From a virus, in IMG/VR virus record IMGVR_UViG_3300023179_000062, positions 21,487-85,486 of that record: DNA of 64,000 bases; one strand, 5' to 3'. Positions within the stretch are counted from its first letter, which is position 1, and each line of letters begins with the position of its first letter. Below, one piece after another: positions 38,694 to 48,032 of this stretch. Made by a program: the position numbers and the translations under genes. The notes beneath the pieces were generated by a model. The model had not been told where the DNA came from, made no database searches, and saw only the letters and a program-made list of their open reading frames with translations.

Positions 38694-40400
38694 TTAAACG
38701 AATGTCCACCCGTTGCCTGCGTATTTAGTCATATCATGTTCTTTATAATTGAAAATACCTTTACCCATTTGGAATATAACTGGTGCGGGTGCTCCCCCTG
38801 TACATGCATAATTAGTATTACCGTCTCCCTGATTATAAAATGATATATTTGCTAATTCTTGATTAGGGTCTGCTATTCTAACAGGTTTACCTGTCTCATC
38901 ATATTCAAGTACTTCTAAATATTTCTCAGCTATATCCTTCTCTAATATAATTAATGCCCATATAAGAGACATAATTCTGTCGTCATGATGTCCTTTTTTT
39001 GCTCCCCATGTTTTATTTTCTTTACGAACAAAGGTTTCAAATTCTTTAACAGTTGACATATCATATATTTTAACAGATTCTAGGTGTTCGATGAAATATT
39101 TCATATTCATAATACCTGTATATTTGGAATTTTGATGACAGAAAATACCGAGATTTTGATATACTCCGCGTGTATCATTTTTCATAGAATAGTGTATAAT
39201 GTTCTCATATCTATGAACTTCTGACAGTGCATCTACTACTTGTCCCCCTTCTTTATTACGTTCTATACATAAAAACGGACGACCCCATGATCGTGCAATC
39301 TGGTTCAATTTTTCTGCAAAGATATATGGTTGTAACCTATTCGATGCAAAGGTAGCACAATGTCTAATATCAGTTGGATCAGTTATATCTATAATCTGTG
39401 CAACCGAATAATCTTGTCCAACCCCTTCAGCAGCATCAACTCCAATTGAGTATACTCTATTAGCTTCTGGTTCTCTCCATACCTGATAATCTCCAAAATC
39501 ATAAGTGAAATCCGCAGGACGACACATATTTTTTAGACGCTCAATAACCTCTAAATTCAATGCAGAAGTTCCATCTTCTAAGAAATGAAGGTCAAATTCT
39601 TGATTCCACATTGACATATCATATGATATTGCTTCTAACTGTTCCTTTTTCCATGCATCATCGCGCCCCGGTATCTGATGCCAATATATTTTAACACATT
39701 CCCAATTAGATTTTTTCTTCTCAGCATTTGAGAAAATATCATAAAATTTATTTTCAGTTCCTTTAGGGGTCGAAACTATGACTAGTTTAGATTTTCTAGA
39801 CGACGAAAGCGTAGGAATAATGGATTTAAAGAAGTCATCGGCAATTTCCTTACGTACGTGGGCAAACTCGTCAACAAATAACGTATTTACTGACTTTCCT
39901 CGAATAGCATCCGCAGAAGTAGTTGATACAAATATTTTAGAACCATTAGTTAATCGAAGTTGTTCTTTAGTGAAGTCTGATACGCCTGCTTTAATATAGT
40001 TAGGAATTTCTTCATATGCTAACTTAATACGTTCTAGAATTTCCTTTGCTTGGTCTTCCTTATTAGCAAGAATTGCTACAGTATGATCTTCTGTGAATAG
40101 AGCATACCATAGGCATACCACGGTCATTAGGGTGGATTTTCCTACCTGTCGGGATGCACATATAACAGTTCTTCTATTTTGAATAATTTTGAGAATAGCT
40201 TCTTTTTGGGGTTCATATAACTTTATTTTCTGCCTACCTTCATCTAAATTTACAATATAGAAAAAGTTCTCTGCAAAGTATATAACATCGTCCTTGCATC
40301 TACGTAGTTCTTCAATCTGTTCGGGGGTGTATTCAATTTCTACAGATATAGGAAGGTTTTCATTATTATTTAAAAACTTATCTGATTTCTTCTTAGCCAT
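38694..40400 (-). CDS. gp17: terminase large subunit
   Basis: Walker A SRQVGKST, Walker B LFVDEFA, motif III VSTPKG, nuclease GVDAAEGVGQDYS and HDDRIMS. Confidence 0.97.
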   Translation of the reverse strand: MAKKKSDKFLNNNENLPISVEIEYTPEQIEELRRCKDDVIYFAENFFYIVNLDEGRQKIKLYEPQKEAILKIIQNRRTVICASRQVGKSTLMTVVCLWYALFTEDHTVAILANKEDQAKEILERIKLAYEEIPNYIKAGVSDFTKEQLRLTNGSKIFVSTTSADAIRGKSVNTLFVDEFAHVRKEIADDFFKSIIPTLSSSRKSKLVIVSTPKGTENKFYDIFSNAEKKKSNWECVKIYWHQIPGRDDAWKKEQLEAISYDMSMWNQEFDLHFLEDGTSALNLEVIERLKNMCRPADFTYDFGDYQVWREPEANRVYSIGVDAAEGVGQDYSVAQIIDITDPTDIRHCATFASNRLQPYIFAEKLNQIARSWGRPFLCIERNKEGGQVVDALSEVHRYENIIHYSMKNDTRGVYQNLGIFCHQNSKYTGIMNMKYFIEHLESVKIYDMSTVKEFETFVRKENKTWGAKKGHHDDRIMSLIWALIILEKDIAEKYLEVLEYDETGKPVRIADPNQELANISFYNQGDGNTNYACTGGAPAPVIFQMGKGIFNYKEHDMTKYAGNGWTFV

Positions 40401-40463
40401 TACAATATTTATATGTTAATATTAAAATAGAAAAATCAAACGTTTACAATAAATAATGTTTAT

Positions 40464-41237
40464 ATGGAAAACAATCTAGACCTAGTAAACATTTATGAGA
40501 ATCATTATCTTAAGCCACAATCTTCTGCTGTGATTGTTGAGAAGAAAGAAGAAGCTAAGGAAGATGAGACTACTGATGCAGCCGCTGCACCTACTGTTTC
40601 TGCTACCAAGAAGAAAAAGAAGCCTTTCGATGCAGGTGCATGTTATAATGAGAAAAATTCATTCGACAACCTTTTCAATACCTTTATGGAAGAATTTGAC
40701 TCTGGTGAAAATTCTTTTGATGACGACTCTAGCGACGATTCCTTTGAATTTGATGCAGGAGAAGATGACGGAATGGGTGGCGATGACGACCAAACTTTCA
40801 CTCTCTCCGAACTTAAATCAATGACCCTTCAAGAAATTTGTGATCTTCTCTCTGGTGCAGGCACATCAGACGACGGAATGGGTGACGATTTCAGCTTTGA
40901 TGATGGAGACGACTCAGTTCCTACTGAATCCTATGGTCAAATGGGCAACGGTAAGCACCTCGGCAATACTCAGACCCGTGATGGTAAGCCAAGCAAGCAA
41001 GCAGCTACTACTCGCGTAAAGGGTAATGGTGATGCAGATTTCTCTAAAAATGAAACAGGTTTTGCTCCTGAAGACACTGAAGGTTCCGAAGGTGGGCATC
41101 ACGGTAATACCCAAACCCGCGACGGCAAGCCAAGTAAGCAGCCATCAACCAGTCATGTAAATTCCAATGGAAATGCTAAAGTGGGTCAATCCCAACGCAC
41201 AGGCTACGGTAAAAAAGAAGGTCAGAGATTATTCTAA
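40464..41237 (+). CDS. acidic disordered late protein with duplicated basic repeat (core/internal protein candidate)
   Basis: Late box 40450-40455; two H.GNTQTRDGKPSKQ copies 141 nt apart; own terminator. Confidence 0.7.
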   Translation: MENNLDLVNIYENHYLKPQSSAVIVEKKEEAKEDETTDAAAAPTVSATKKKKKPFDAGACYNEKNSFDNLFNTFMEEFDSGENSFDDDSSDDSFEFDAGEDDGMGGDDDQTFTLSELKSMTLQEICDLLSGAGTSDDGMGDDFSFDDGDDSVPTESYGQMGNGKHLGNTQTRDGKPSKQAATTRVKGNGDADFSKNETGFAPEDTEGSEGGHHGNTQTRDGKPSKQPSTSHVNSNGNAKVGQSQRTGYGKKEGQRLF

Positions 41238-41257
41238 TACTGAAAAATAATTAAAAC

Positions 41258-41290
41258 GAAAAAAGCGACATGTAAATTGTCGCTTTTTTC
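41258..41290 (+). terminator. intrinsic terminator
   Basis: gaaaaaagcgaca...tgtcgcttttttc. Confidence 0.8.
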
Positions 41291-41313
41291 ATTTTCAATC
41301 CATAAATAAAATT

Positions 41314-41961
41314 ATGCTTTATTATGTCCCCGTCACTGTTTCAAAGACCACCTGTATAGGTAATAGTTTATCAACTATCAATATAGGGTTCACTGCGCTT
41401 GATAATAATTTACAAGCACTATCTGCATGGACCGTGAGTAGTATAAACTTTTTAAGTGCTACTATGATTTCAGTGAGTTCGACGTTACAGAATAGAATAG
41501 AGTTTTTAAGCTCTACTATGATTGCAGTTAGCTCTAATTTACAGGCACAGGTGAACTATCTTAGTTCCACCATGATTTCGGTTAGCTCTAATCTACAGGG
41601 ACAGGTAAACTTTCTAAGTTCTGGTTTGAATTATTTAAGTGCTAATATAGTGAATACTCCCGGCACACTTACGCATGCACCATCTGGTGCAATATCATGG
41701 GATGTTGCTTCAGTCGGCAGAAACGCCAATCTTATACTATCATCTAACTGTTTCATGAGAAACCCTACTAATATTGTAGCAGGACAACAAGGGAATATAT
41801 CTATAATGTCTAGTGGAACTAGTGGTTATTCTATCACTTCCTTTGGTAGTAACTGGCGCTTCTCTGGTAGTACATCTATGAACGTAGCCGCAAGTGGTAG
41901 AAACCTAATCAGGTACTACTATGACGGTACTATGATACTCAGTCAGATGCTTCAGTATTAA
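41314..41961 (+). CDS. fibre/whisker-like structural protein with 18-aa coiled-coil repeats
   Basis: CIGNSL.TIN..F..LD N-terminus; about 3 repeats of (V/I)N(F/Y)LSSTMI.VSSNLQ; beta-rich C-terminal domain. Confidence 0.65.
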   Translation: MLYYVPVTVSKTTCIGNSLSTINIGFTALDNNLQALSAWTVSSINFLSATMISVSSTLQNRIEFLSSTMIAVSSNLQAQVNYLSSTMISVSSNLQGQVNFLSSGLNYLSANIVNTPGTLTHAPSGAISWDVASVGRNANLILSSNCFMRNPTNIVAGQQGNISIMSSGTSGYSITSFGSNWRFSGSTSMNVAASGRNLIRYYYDGTMILSQMLQY

Positions 41962-42292
41962 GGTGATCGTCTTTATGACGCTCAATATACTTTTTAGCGG
42001 CTTCGTATGAAGATGTGATAAGACCGTCAATGCTTATATTTTTTGCGGCGACATCTTTACCATTATAATGTATATTCGTTAACACTATAGGATTAGTAAC
42101 TATGCGATAATGTTCTTCTGCATATTCTACTAAGATAAAACAATTTTCTGAAATAGGTGTATTATTCGGTCCCATAGTTAGATATCTGGACTCGAAAATC
42201 TCTCTACGCTTCTCATCATACATAGAGATGAACATGATTTTATCATCATCTCTATACACTATGCCATTTATGATAGGTTTTTTTGTTGACAT
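41939..42292 (-). CDS. hypothetical protein
   Basis: 117 aa ORF in a minus-strand run. Confidence 0.55.
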   Translation of the reverse strand: MSTKKPIINGIVYRDDDKIMFISMYDEKRREIFESRYLTMGPNNTPISENCFILVEYAEEHYRIVTNPIVLTNIHYNGKDVAAKNISIDGLITSSYEAAKKYIERHKDDHLNTEASD

Positions 42293-42294
42293 TA

Positions 42295-42543
42295 TTAGGA
42301 AGTTTTGCGATTGATGCGATTAGCTTCTACACTGCGTAATAATCTTTCAGCATCTACATATTTTTTCACACATTTATTACAAATTTGGTATTGTTTATTT
42401 GTAGTCAGATAGCACGTATAAAACCTTCCGTGACATTTAGAGCAGGAATTGGCTGGTTTAGTTTTTAACGGAATTTGAAAAGGATCAGTTAGTTCTGTAG
42501 GAGAATCATATATCTCACCGGAAAATAATGAAAAGTATAACAT
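42295..42543 (-). CDS. small zinc-finger protein
   Basis: CSKC...CNKC. Confidence 0.6.
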   Translation of the reverse strand: MLYFSLFSGEIYDSPTELTDPFQIPLKTKPANSCSKCHGRFYTCYLTTNKQYQICNKCVKKYVDAERLLRSVEANRINRKTS

Positions 42544-42544
42544 A

Positions 42545-42910
42545 TTAAGTAAATTGTATTTCTAATATAGAGTCTAAGAATTTTGAAGGTTTATCAACTA
42601 TACTGGCGTTCCCAATATTAGTCATCAGATTCTTTAAAACGGGATTCTTAGTAAGAGTATTAAATCTATAATCTAGATAGATGATGTCAGATTCTGGATA
42701 CTCACTATATGAGAAAGGATATGGGATTTTAAAGGATACTATCTTTTTAGTATTTTCTATAACCAATTCGAAATAAAAGTTATTAGTTATGACATGGTTC
42801 TGTATTAAAAGAAATTTGCCATTTTTAATATCATCATTCCCTATACGAAGTATTATATTTTTTTGAAAATACTTCGTAAACATTTTTTCGAAACCTTCTA
42901 TTTGTAACAT
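42545..42910 (-). CDS. hypothetical protein
   Basis: 121 aa; late box 42917-42922. Confidence 0.6.
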   Translation of the reverse strand: MLQIEGFEKMFTKYFQKNIILRIGNDDIKNGKFLLIQNHVITNNFYFELVIENTKKIVSFKIPYPFSYSEYPESDIIYLDYRFNTLTKNPVLKNLMTNIGNASIVDKPSKFLDSILEIQFT

Positions 42911-42951
42911 TGTTATTATTTAGAACCTTAAAATAACTAAAACAACTACTG

Positions 42952-43464
42952 TTACCGTTTAAAATATTTTTTTACTCTATCCACAAAAGGTTGGAACTTG
43001 TCGGCTGCACGTTTAAATATACTGCGTTTTGTATGGACTGATACATTTGGTTGATGAGTTGCCACTATATCCCCTGTATATCCCATAAATTGTAACTTAT
43101 CATCTTGGGACATATTAATAATATTTTCATAGAAATATTGTTTGAATATTTCAATCCCTTCAGGAGTAGATACGTCCCATATCTGTCGGACATTAACTTG
43201 TTCTGCGCCAAACACGCGATACTCCTGCCGAAACATATCCCAAACAACACATAGATTAAATTGTTTATAGTTATATCCCATCCCTACTCCTTTTGGAGGG
43301 GCGAAATTTAATACCTGATGCCCGAAGTCCCCATTTAATAATTCATAATTGGTAGTACCAAATAGTCCTCTTATATCGGACCATCCGTTTTTATGATGTC
43401 GTCTGACGAAGTTTAATTCTACTACGTTTCTACTTAAGGTTAACTGTAAGGTGGCATTAGTCAC
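42952..43464 (-). CDS. WYL_2/Sm-like SH3 domain protein (tentative)
   Basis: VVE..F.RR...R....T....L...VVWD.....YR.F; GTG start with late box 43470-43475. Confidence 0.5.
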   Translation of the reverse strand: MTNATLQLTLSRNVVELNFVRRHHKNGWSDIRGLFGTTNYELLNGDFGHQVLNFAPPKGVGMGYNYKQFNLCVVWDMFRQEYRVFGAEQVNVRQIWDVSTPEGIEIFKQYFYENIINMSQDDKLQFMGYTGDIVATHQPNVSVHTKRSIFKRAADKFQPFVDRVKKYFKR

Positions 43465-43475
43465 CTAATTATTTA

Positions 43476-43907
43476 TTAACCGAGTAGAATTTGATTAGTA
43501 ATGTCGTTTTTCATTTGTTCAGCAGTTCCTACATATTCTATGACTGCCATAACTGCATCTTCCCGAACAAACCATGATTTATACCCGTCAACACTTCTAT
43601 GTGCAGGTTGTCCTACCTGTTTAACAAACAGAATATGACTACCGACTACCGCATGTTTAACATCTGGACCAGTCATTAATATTTCGCCTAATGAATATGG
43701 CCCCTTTGCCTGAGTGGTAGTAAGAACTATCCCGTTTTTAATTACGGTATGTGCATCAGGTTCATCAATAAGTTTAACCCATAAGGAATCTTTATAAAGA
43801 TTCACAATTCTCCAATCCTTTAAATCAATGTTATGATTTACTATCTTCTCGCTACGAGGAATACTATTAACAACAGAATCTACTAATCTATCTTGGCTAT
43901 CGGTCAT
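43476..43907 (-). CDS. GroES-like co-chaperonin (gp31 analogue)
   Basis: D.LWV......KNGIVL...GEIL..GPDV....VG..ILF...FVRED.VMAV; late box 43914-43919. Confidence 0.8.
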   Translation of the reverse strand: MTDSQDRLVDSVVNSIPRSEKIVNHNIDLKDWRIVNLYKDSLWVKLIDEPDAHTVIKNGIVLTTTQAKGPYSLGEILMTGPDVKHAVVGSHILFVKQVGQPAHRSVDGYKSWFVREDAVMAVIEYVGTAEQMKNDITNQILLG

Positions 43908-43931
43908 ACAACATATTTAACTATGTCATTT

Positions 43932-44339
43932 TTAGTTATCCACTTTTTTATACATCTTTTCATCTTCTTCGAATTCGTCTAAGATTTCTGGAAAAATATT
44001 AATTGCCGCTTGAATGTCTCGCTCTGATACCTCAAGAGATTTCGCCAAAAGCACAGCAACCCCGTTTGCTTTTTCAGCAAGTTTATTCTTTTTATACATC
44101 CATTCAATTCTTCTCTTATTTGTTTTTGGAAAAATTAGTCGCAGGAAATCTACTGTTTGTTGAGCATTTAACACATCCTTATATTGATTTACTGTCTGGT
44201 TTAAGATATTACAGAATACAGGAGAATGATATGAAATCAGTTTATTGATTACGAAAAGATTACAATCGTCACTAGAGGTTAGTCGTTTATCATCTTTTGT
44301 GAATAAAATATCATCAACAATACTAAAGGGTGTTTTCAT
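43932..44339 (-). CDS. gp62: clamp loader small subunit
   Basis: PF....I...K...F.INK..S...N......DFL...PK..R..W...EVS.R. Confidence 0.65.
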   Translation of the reverse strand: MKTPFSIVDDILFTKDDKRLTSSDDCNLFVINKLISYHSPVFCNILNQTVNQYKDVLNAQQTVDFLRLIFPKTNKRRIEWMYKKNKLAEKANGVAVLLAKSLEVSERDIQAAINIFPEILDEFEEDEKMYKKVDN

Positions 44340-44811
44340 TATTTTTTAGCCTGAATAAATTTACGGTGTTATGGAACTCGGATTCTATCATTTGGCACAT
44401 TTCATTAGGTAGTACCTCGTCGGGGAACACGATATGGAATATATACGTTCCATTGTTCCGATCAACATATTTTCCTCTAGAATACGTACACACTTTCTTA
44501 GTGACGTTCTCAACAATTAAAGAATCTGGTTGCTGTTTTACAAGAATTTTCTGTTTAATGGTATCATCTACAATAAAAAAATTTTGTGTAGATACATCTT
44601 TTAACATTTCACATAATCTGTCAAAAAACCACAGTTTAAATAATATTCCGGCATCTTTAGATATATATGGTAAATCCATATACAGTGTGGTAGCAGAACC
44701 TAAATCAATTAAAATGTTTCCTATATAGGAATATTTTGTTCTAAAATAAGTACTTAATGGTTGATCATAAGTGTACCGATCATCTATATTTTCTCTATTA
44801 TCTACTATCAT
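44323..44811 (-). CDS. hypothetical protein
   Basis: 162 aa, coupled between the glycosyltransferase and gp62. Confidence 0.55.
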   Translation of the reverse strand: MIVDNRENIDDRYTYDQPLSTYFRTKYSYIGNILIDLGSATTLYMDLPYISKDAGILFKLWFFDRLCEMLKDVSTQNFFIVDDTIKQKILVKQQPDSLIVENVTKKVCTYSRGKYVDRNNGTYIFHIVFPDEVLPNEMCQMIESEFHNTVNLFRLKNNENTL

Positions 44812-45539
44812 ACGGATTGTTTATAGTCTTTGTAATCTTCAGCGAACTCAATTGCTAGCTTCTGCCATAATTTATCATTGTGGAATTCTCCTAGTCCATG
44901 ATGAATGGCAAAAATCGGATATACCCCGATTGATAATCCTACCTTTTTGGCTTCTGCACATGCAGACATATCATAGTGATGGAAAGTATATTTCTCATTA
45001 AATTTCACCCCACTATCAGCCACTTTCTTAGTATTAAAACTGATAAAAACCCCATCCACAAATACTACCTCTGCGGGAGTTGGACCATAAAAAGATGAAT
45101 TAACATACGGAAACCCATATCCTCCGATATCTTTAGGAATAACATGTGATAGAAACCCTCTACCATCTTCTTTTCGGTTCATACATAAATGCCATGCCAG
45201 CGTTGTAGCATTGATATAATTTTGACTGGTTGTGCCTGCTACACCTACTATGTCAAATCTCTCATGAGCTTTTCTAAGCTTTTGAATGAAAAATTGGTCA
45301 TGAATTTCAATATCATCATGTACAAAAACTGTGATAGACTCCCCATTTTCGACAGGATCATTATGTATGTATTCGTTGTATAACGCACAGAAACCTTTAC
45401 GGTTTTCGGGAATAATCGTAACATATATTTCCATTTTTTTAGAATCGTGTGTCTGTATAATACGATTTAGGCAAGTATATGGGACACTATTTTTATAAGC
45501 TTCTTCGGTTAAGACCGTGGGTACAACTATTCGAATCAT
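44808..45539 (-). CDS. GT-A fold glycosyltransferase (family 2-like)
   Basis: YN...VFVHDD...DIVGVAG...DGVF...FHHYD...C...H. Confidence 0.8.
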   Translation of the reverse strand: MIRIVVPTVLTEEAYKNSVPYTCLNRIIQTHDSKKMEIYVTIIPENRKGFCALYNEYIHNDPVENGESITVFVHDDIEIHDQFFIQKLRKAHERFDIVGVAGTTSQNYINATTLAWHLCMNRKEDGRGFLSHVIPKDIGGYGFPYVNSSFYGPTPAEVVFVDGVFISFNTKKVADSGVKFNEKYTFHHYDMSACAEAKKVGLSIGVYPIFAIHHGLGEFHNDKLWQKLAIEFAEDYKDYKQSV

Positions 45540-45544
45540 ACCAT

Positions 45545-45573
45545 AATATACATCTTATGTGCTTAAATAGCAA
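45545..45573 (-). promoter_or_regulatory. sigma70-type promoter TTGCTA-17-TATATT, 5 nt before ATG
   Basis: Reverse complement ttgcta tttaagcacataagatg tatatt atggt ATG. Confidence 0.6.
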
Positions 45574-45615
45574 CATATATTTAAAATGTCATCAATATAG
45601 AATAAATACTGTAAT

Positions 45616-46167
45616 ATGAATTATCGTGATTATTTTGCAAAACTCTTACTTGAAGACACTGACTTGGGGAATCCTACACATGATTCTAACGGAAGTGATG
45701 ATATCTCTAACTTTTTAGACGATGGTACAGAATCAGAAGCATTTGACACTACTGGTATTCAAGACAGTCTTAAGAAAATTGAAGCTAATTTTAATCAGAA
45801 AATGGCTCTTCTCGACGATATTGACAGCCTCGATAAGTCAGAAATTAATTCTCGTTTAGGACAATTAGAAGAATATCTCACCACTCTTAGTGCTTTTGTT
45901 AATACCAAGGATGAAGTGGATATGACCAATCCTTATTCTGTAATGGCAAATATCATCCGTAGTGATACTGTCAAAAAGACCAACTTTGACCAAGTAACTA
46001 AAGCTATCGAAGATTATAAAAGCTCTTCCAAGAAAGAAGAACAAGCAACTGAACAGGCTGCAAGAGAAGTAAAGGATTCATTAGGTAATCTATCAAAAGC
46101 TCGTAAATCCGTGACTTCTTCAAGTCAAGGAAGTGCTCCTAGCGAACCATCCGGCCCTTATAATTAA
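45616..46167 (+). CDS. hypothetical late protein, candidate internal/core protein
   Basis: Late box 45603-45608; leader MNYRDYFAKLLLE; helical and acidic. Confidence 0.65.
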   Translation: MNYRDYFAKLLLEDTDLGNPTHDSNGSDDISNFLDDGTESEAFDTTGIQDSLKKIEANFNQKMALLDDIDSLDKSEINSRLGQLEEYLTTLSAFVNTKDEVDMTNPYSVMANIIRSDTVKKTNFDQVTKAIEDYKSSSKKEEQATEQAAREVKDSLGNLSKARKSVTSSSQGSAPSEPSGPYN

Positions 46168-47147
46168 ATTCTAAGTAAACCTTTCTCTTCTGTAAAAGAA
46201 GACTCCACAATTAAAGCAGGATCAACAAAATCCTGCTTTTTTGCTACACAGAACTCGTTTAAATCCTTAAAGGGAGCGAACTCATTTTCATAGAAAAATA
46301 AACGTTCACCTGCGCGTAATTTAGAAATTAGTTTATTAACTACTTCTTTTTTCTCAAATTTGAGATTATCCAAAACCCATATTCTTTCGTGAAATGGGAA
46401 CTGTTCTAATTCTCGTTCCTGTTGTTGGGTTAAGGTTAATCCTGAAACTGCCACGCCATTTTGAACAAACATTGAATCTATCTGACCTTCGAATAAGAAA
46501 ATATAAGGAATCTCTGTCTTGATCTTATCAATATTAAATATTGTTTTAGGTGCATTAAATTTTAACAAATACTTTGCACTATCATCATCTAATATTTTAC
46601 GAGAAGTGTAACATATGATTCTATTATTCTTATAAAAAGGTATAATTAACCTATTTTTATGATATTTATCATTTAGACATACATAGAAAGTTTTAGGGGT
46701 GTTGATTGCATTGAATAATCTACGAGAATTACAATAATCTAATGCTTTCTGAACAATGGGTAATTTTTTATAAAATTTAAGCTGTACGGCATCCCTTAAG
46801 TTTACACATTCCCCCGGTAAATCAGGTAAAGTCCATTCTTTATCGGCTTCTTGTTCCCATTGTAAAATATAATCAGAATCTCCGGTATATTCCTTAATAT
46901 CATCTTTCAATTCCTTATGCGTCATACCGGAAACTTCTTTAACCCACCAATAAGGATTCCATGATCTTGCGCAGTTGTAACAATATAAGAAATCGTCTTG
47001 TATGTAATAATACAAGCGTTGTTTCGTATCCCAATTACTTCCTTCATGACAAATAGGGCAACCCCCGTTCAAATAACGAGAATGCTGCTTAGTCTTATTT
47101 GCATAAGAAAAGAATTTAGATATTGTATATGACTGAGGAATTTCCAT
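46164..47147 (-). CDS. gp61: DNA primase
   Basis: Zn finger CPIC...CYNC, RLIIPF, TOPRIM FEGQIDSMF, WVLDN, KDLNE. Confidence 0.92.
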   Translation of the reverse strand: MEIPQSYTISKFFSYANKTKQHSRYLNGGCPICHEGSNWDTKQRLYYYIQDDFLYCYNCARSWNPYWWVKEVSGMTHKELKDDIKEYTGDSDYILQWEQEADKEWTLPDLPGECVNLRDAVQLKFYKKLPIVQKALDYCNSRRLFNAINTPKTFYVCLNDKYHKNRLIIPFYKNNRIICYTSRKILDDDSAKYLLKFNAPKTIFNIDKIKTEIPYIFLFEGQIDSMFVQNGVAVSGLTLTQQQERELEQFPFHERIWVLDNLKFEKKEVVNKLISKLRAGERLFFYENEFAPFKDLNEFCVAKKQDFVDPALIVESSFTEEKGLLRI

Positions 47148-47512
47148 TATTCGTGTATATTTCCTATAACTTTAATATCGACAAGATCGGATAAAGTCCG
47201 TCGGTATAGGCACCAGCCAAAATTTATAAATTTAACGGGACCACGGATGAGGTTATCTGATGGGTAATTTTCAGGAGTTAAATATGCTTCGATTATATCA
47301 TTTTCATAAATAGGAACACCATTTATATCACTGATGCCAGTATATTGTTCAATTATTACATCTTCCCTATGTGAATCATATAATGTTCCGCATGGATGAA
47401 CAGATATTCTGTTTGTTGTTATGTAACAACCATCTAGTTCATGAATAGTATTCTCTATTTTTTTAAAACATTTTTCATTACTCCAAACTCGAAATCGTAA
47501 TTCGCGCTGCAT
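47147..47512 (-). CDS. YopX family protein
   Basis: RELRFRVW...QYTG..D.NG..IYE.DI...VIGNIHE. Confidence 0.85.
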   Translation of the reverse strand: MQRELRFRVWSNEKCFKKIENTIHELDGCYITTNRISVHPCGTLYDSHREDVIIEQYTGISDINGVPIYENDIIEAYLTPENYPSDNLIRGPVKFINFGWCLYRRTLSDLVDIKVIGNIHE

Positions 47513-47521
47513 ATATGCATG

Positions 47522-47550
47522 AATATATCATGACAATGCCACACTTTCAA
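47522..47550 (-). promoter_or_regulatory. sigma70-type promoter TTGAAA-17-TATATT (extended TG) for YopX-primase
   Basis: Reverse complement ttgaaa gtgtggcattgtcatga tatatt, 9 nt before ATG; directly abuts the divergent late box 47551-47556. Confidence 0.6.
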
Positions 47551-47564
47551 TAAATAATAATATT

Positions 47565-48032
47565 ATGACAGAGAATTTTGATGCTTTTTGTGACGCAATT
47601 ATAACCGAATTATTTACTTCGAAGAGTAAGCGCACAGAACATAAATCGCGTTATTGGGGTACTAATCAATATAGTAAGGCACAACCTCGCCAAGTACGTA
47701 CGATGAATACTAAGACAGCTTCCCAGCGTTCCAAGTTAGGCAACCAGCAATACATAGGAAATATTTGGACACAGAAAGGTCCAAGAGGGCAGAACAAAAG
47801 TCAGAAAACTCCGCAAGAAATTGCTATAGCTAAAGGACATGGCGCACATATTCGTATTGACGGAGTAAACCCTAAAAAAGTGGGCGCTACCGTAAACTCT
47901 AAACAAGGAGATATGGAAGTCAAGTATAATTTAAATAACGGTGTTAGTAAAGTTGGTAGAATAGTCAAAAAGAACTATTTCAAAGACGGTGTTAAAAGGA
48001 ACCACATGAAACGCGGATTAAATAATGATTAA
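47565..48032 (+). CDS. basic hypothetical late protein, candidate internal head protein
   Basis: Leader MTENFDAFCDAIITE followed by a K/R-rich body. Confidence 0.7.
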   Translation: MTENFDAFCDAIITELFTSKSKRTEHKSRYWGTNQYSKAQPRQVRTMNTKTASQRSKLGNQQYIGNIWTQKGPRGQNKSQKTPQEIAIAKGHGAHIRIDGVNPKKVGATVNSKQGDMEVKYNLNNGVSKVGRIVKKNYFKDGVKRNHMKRGLNND

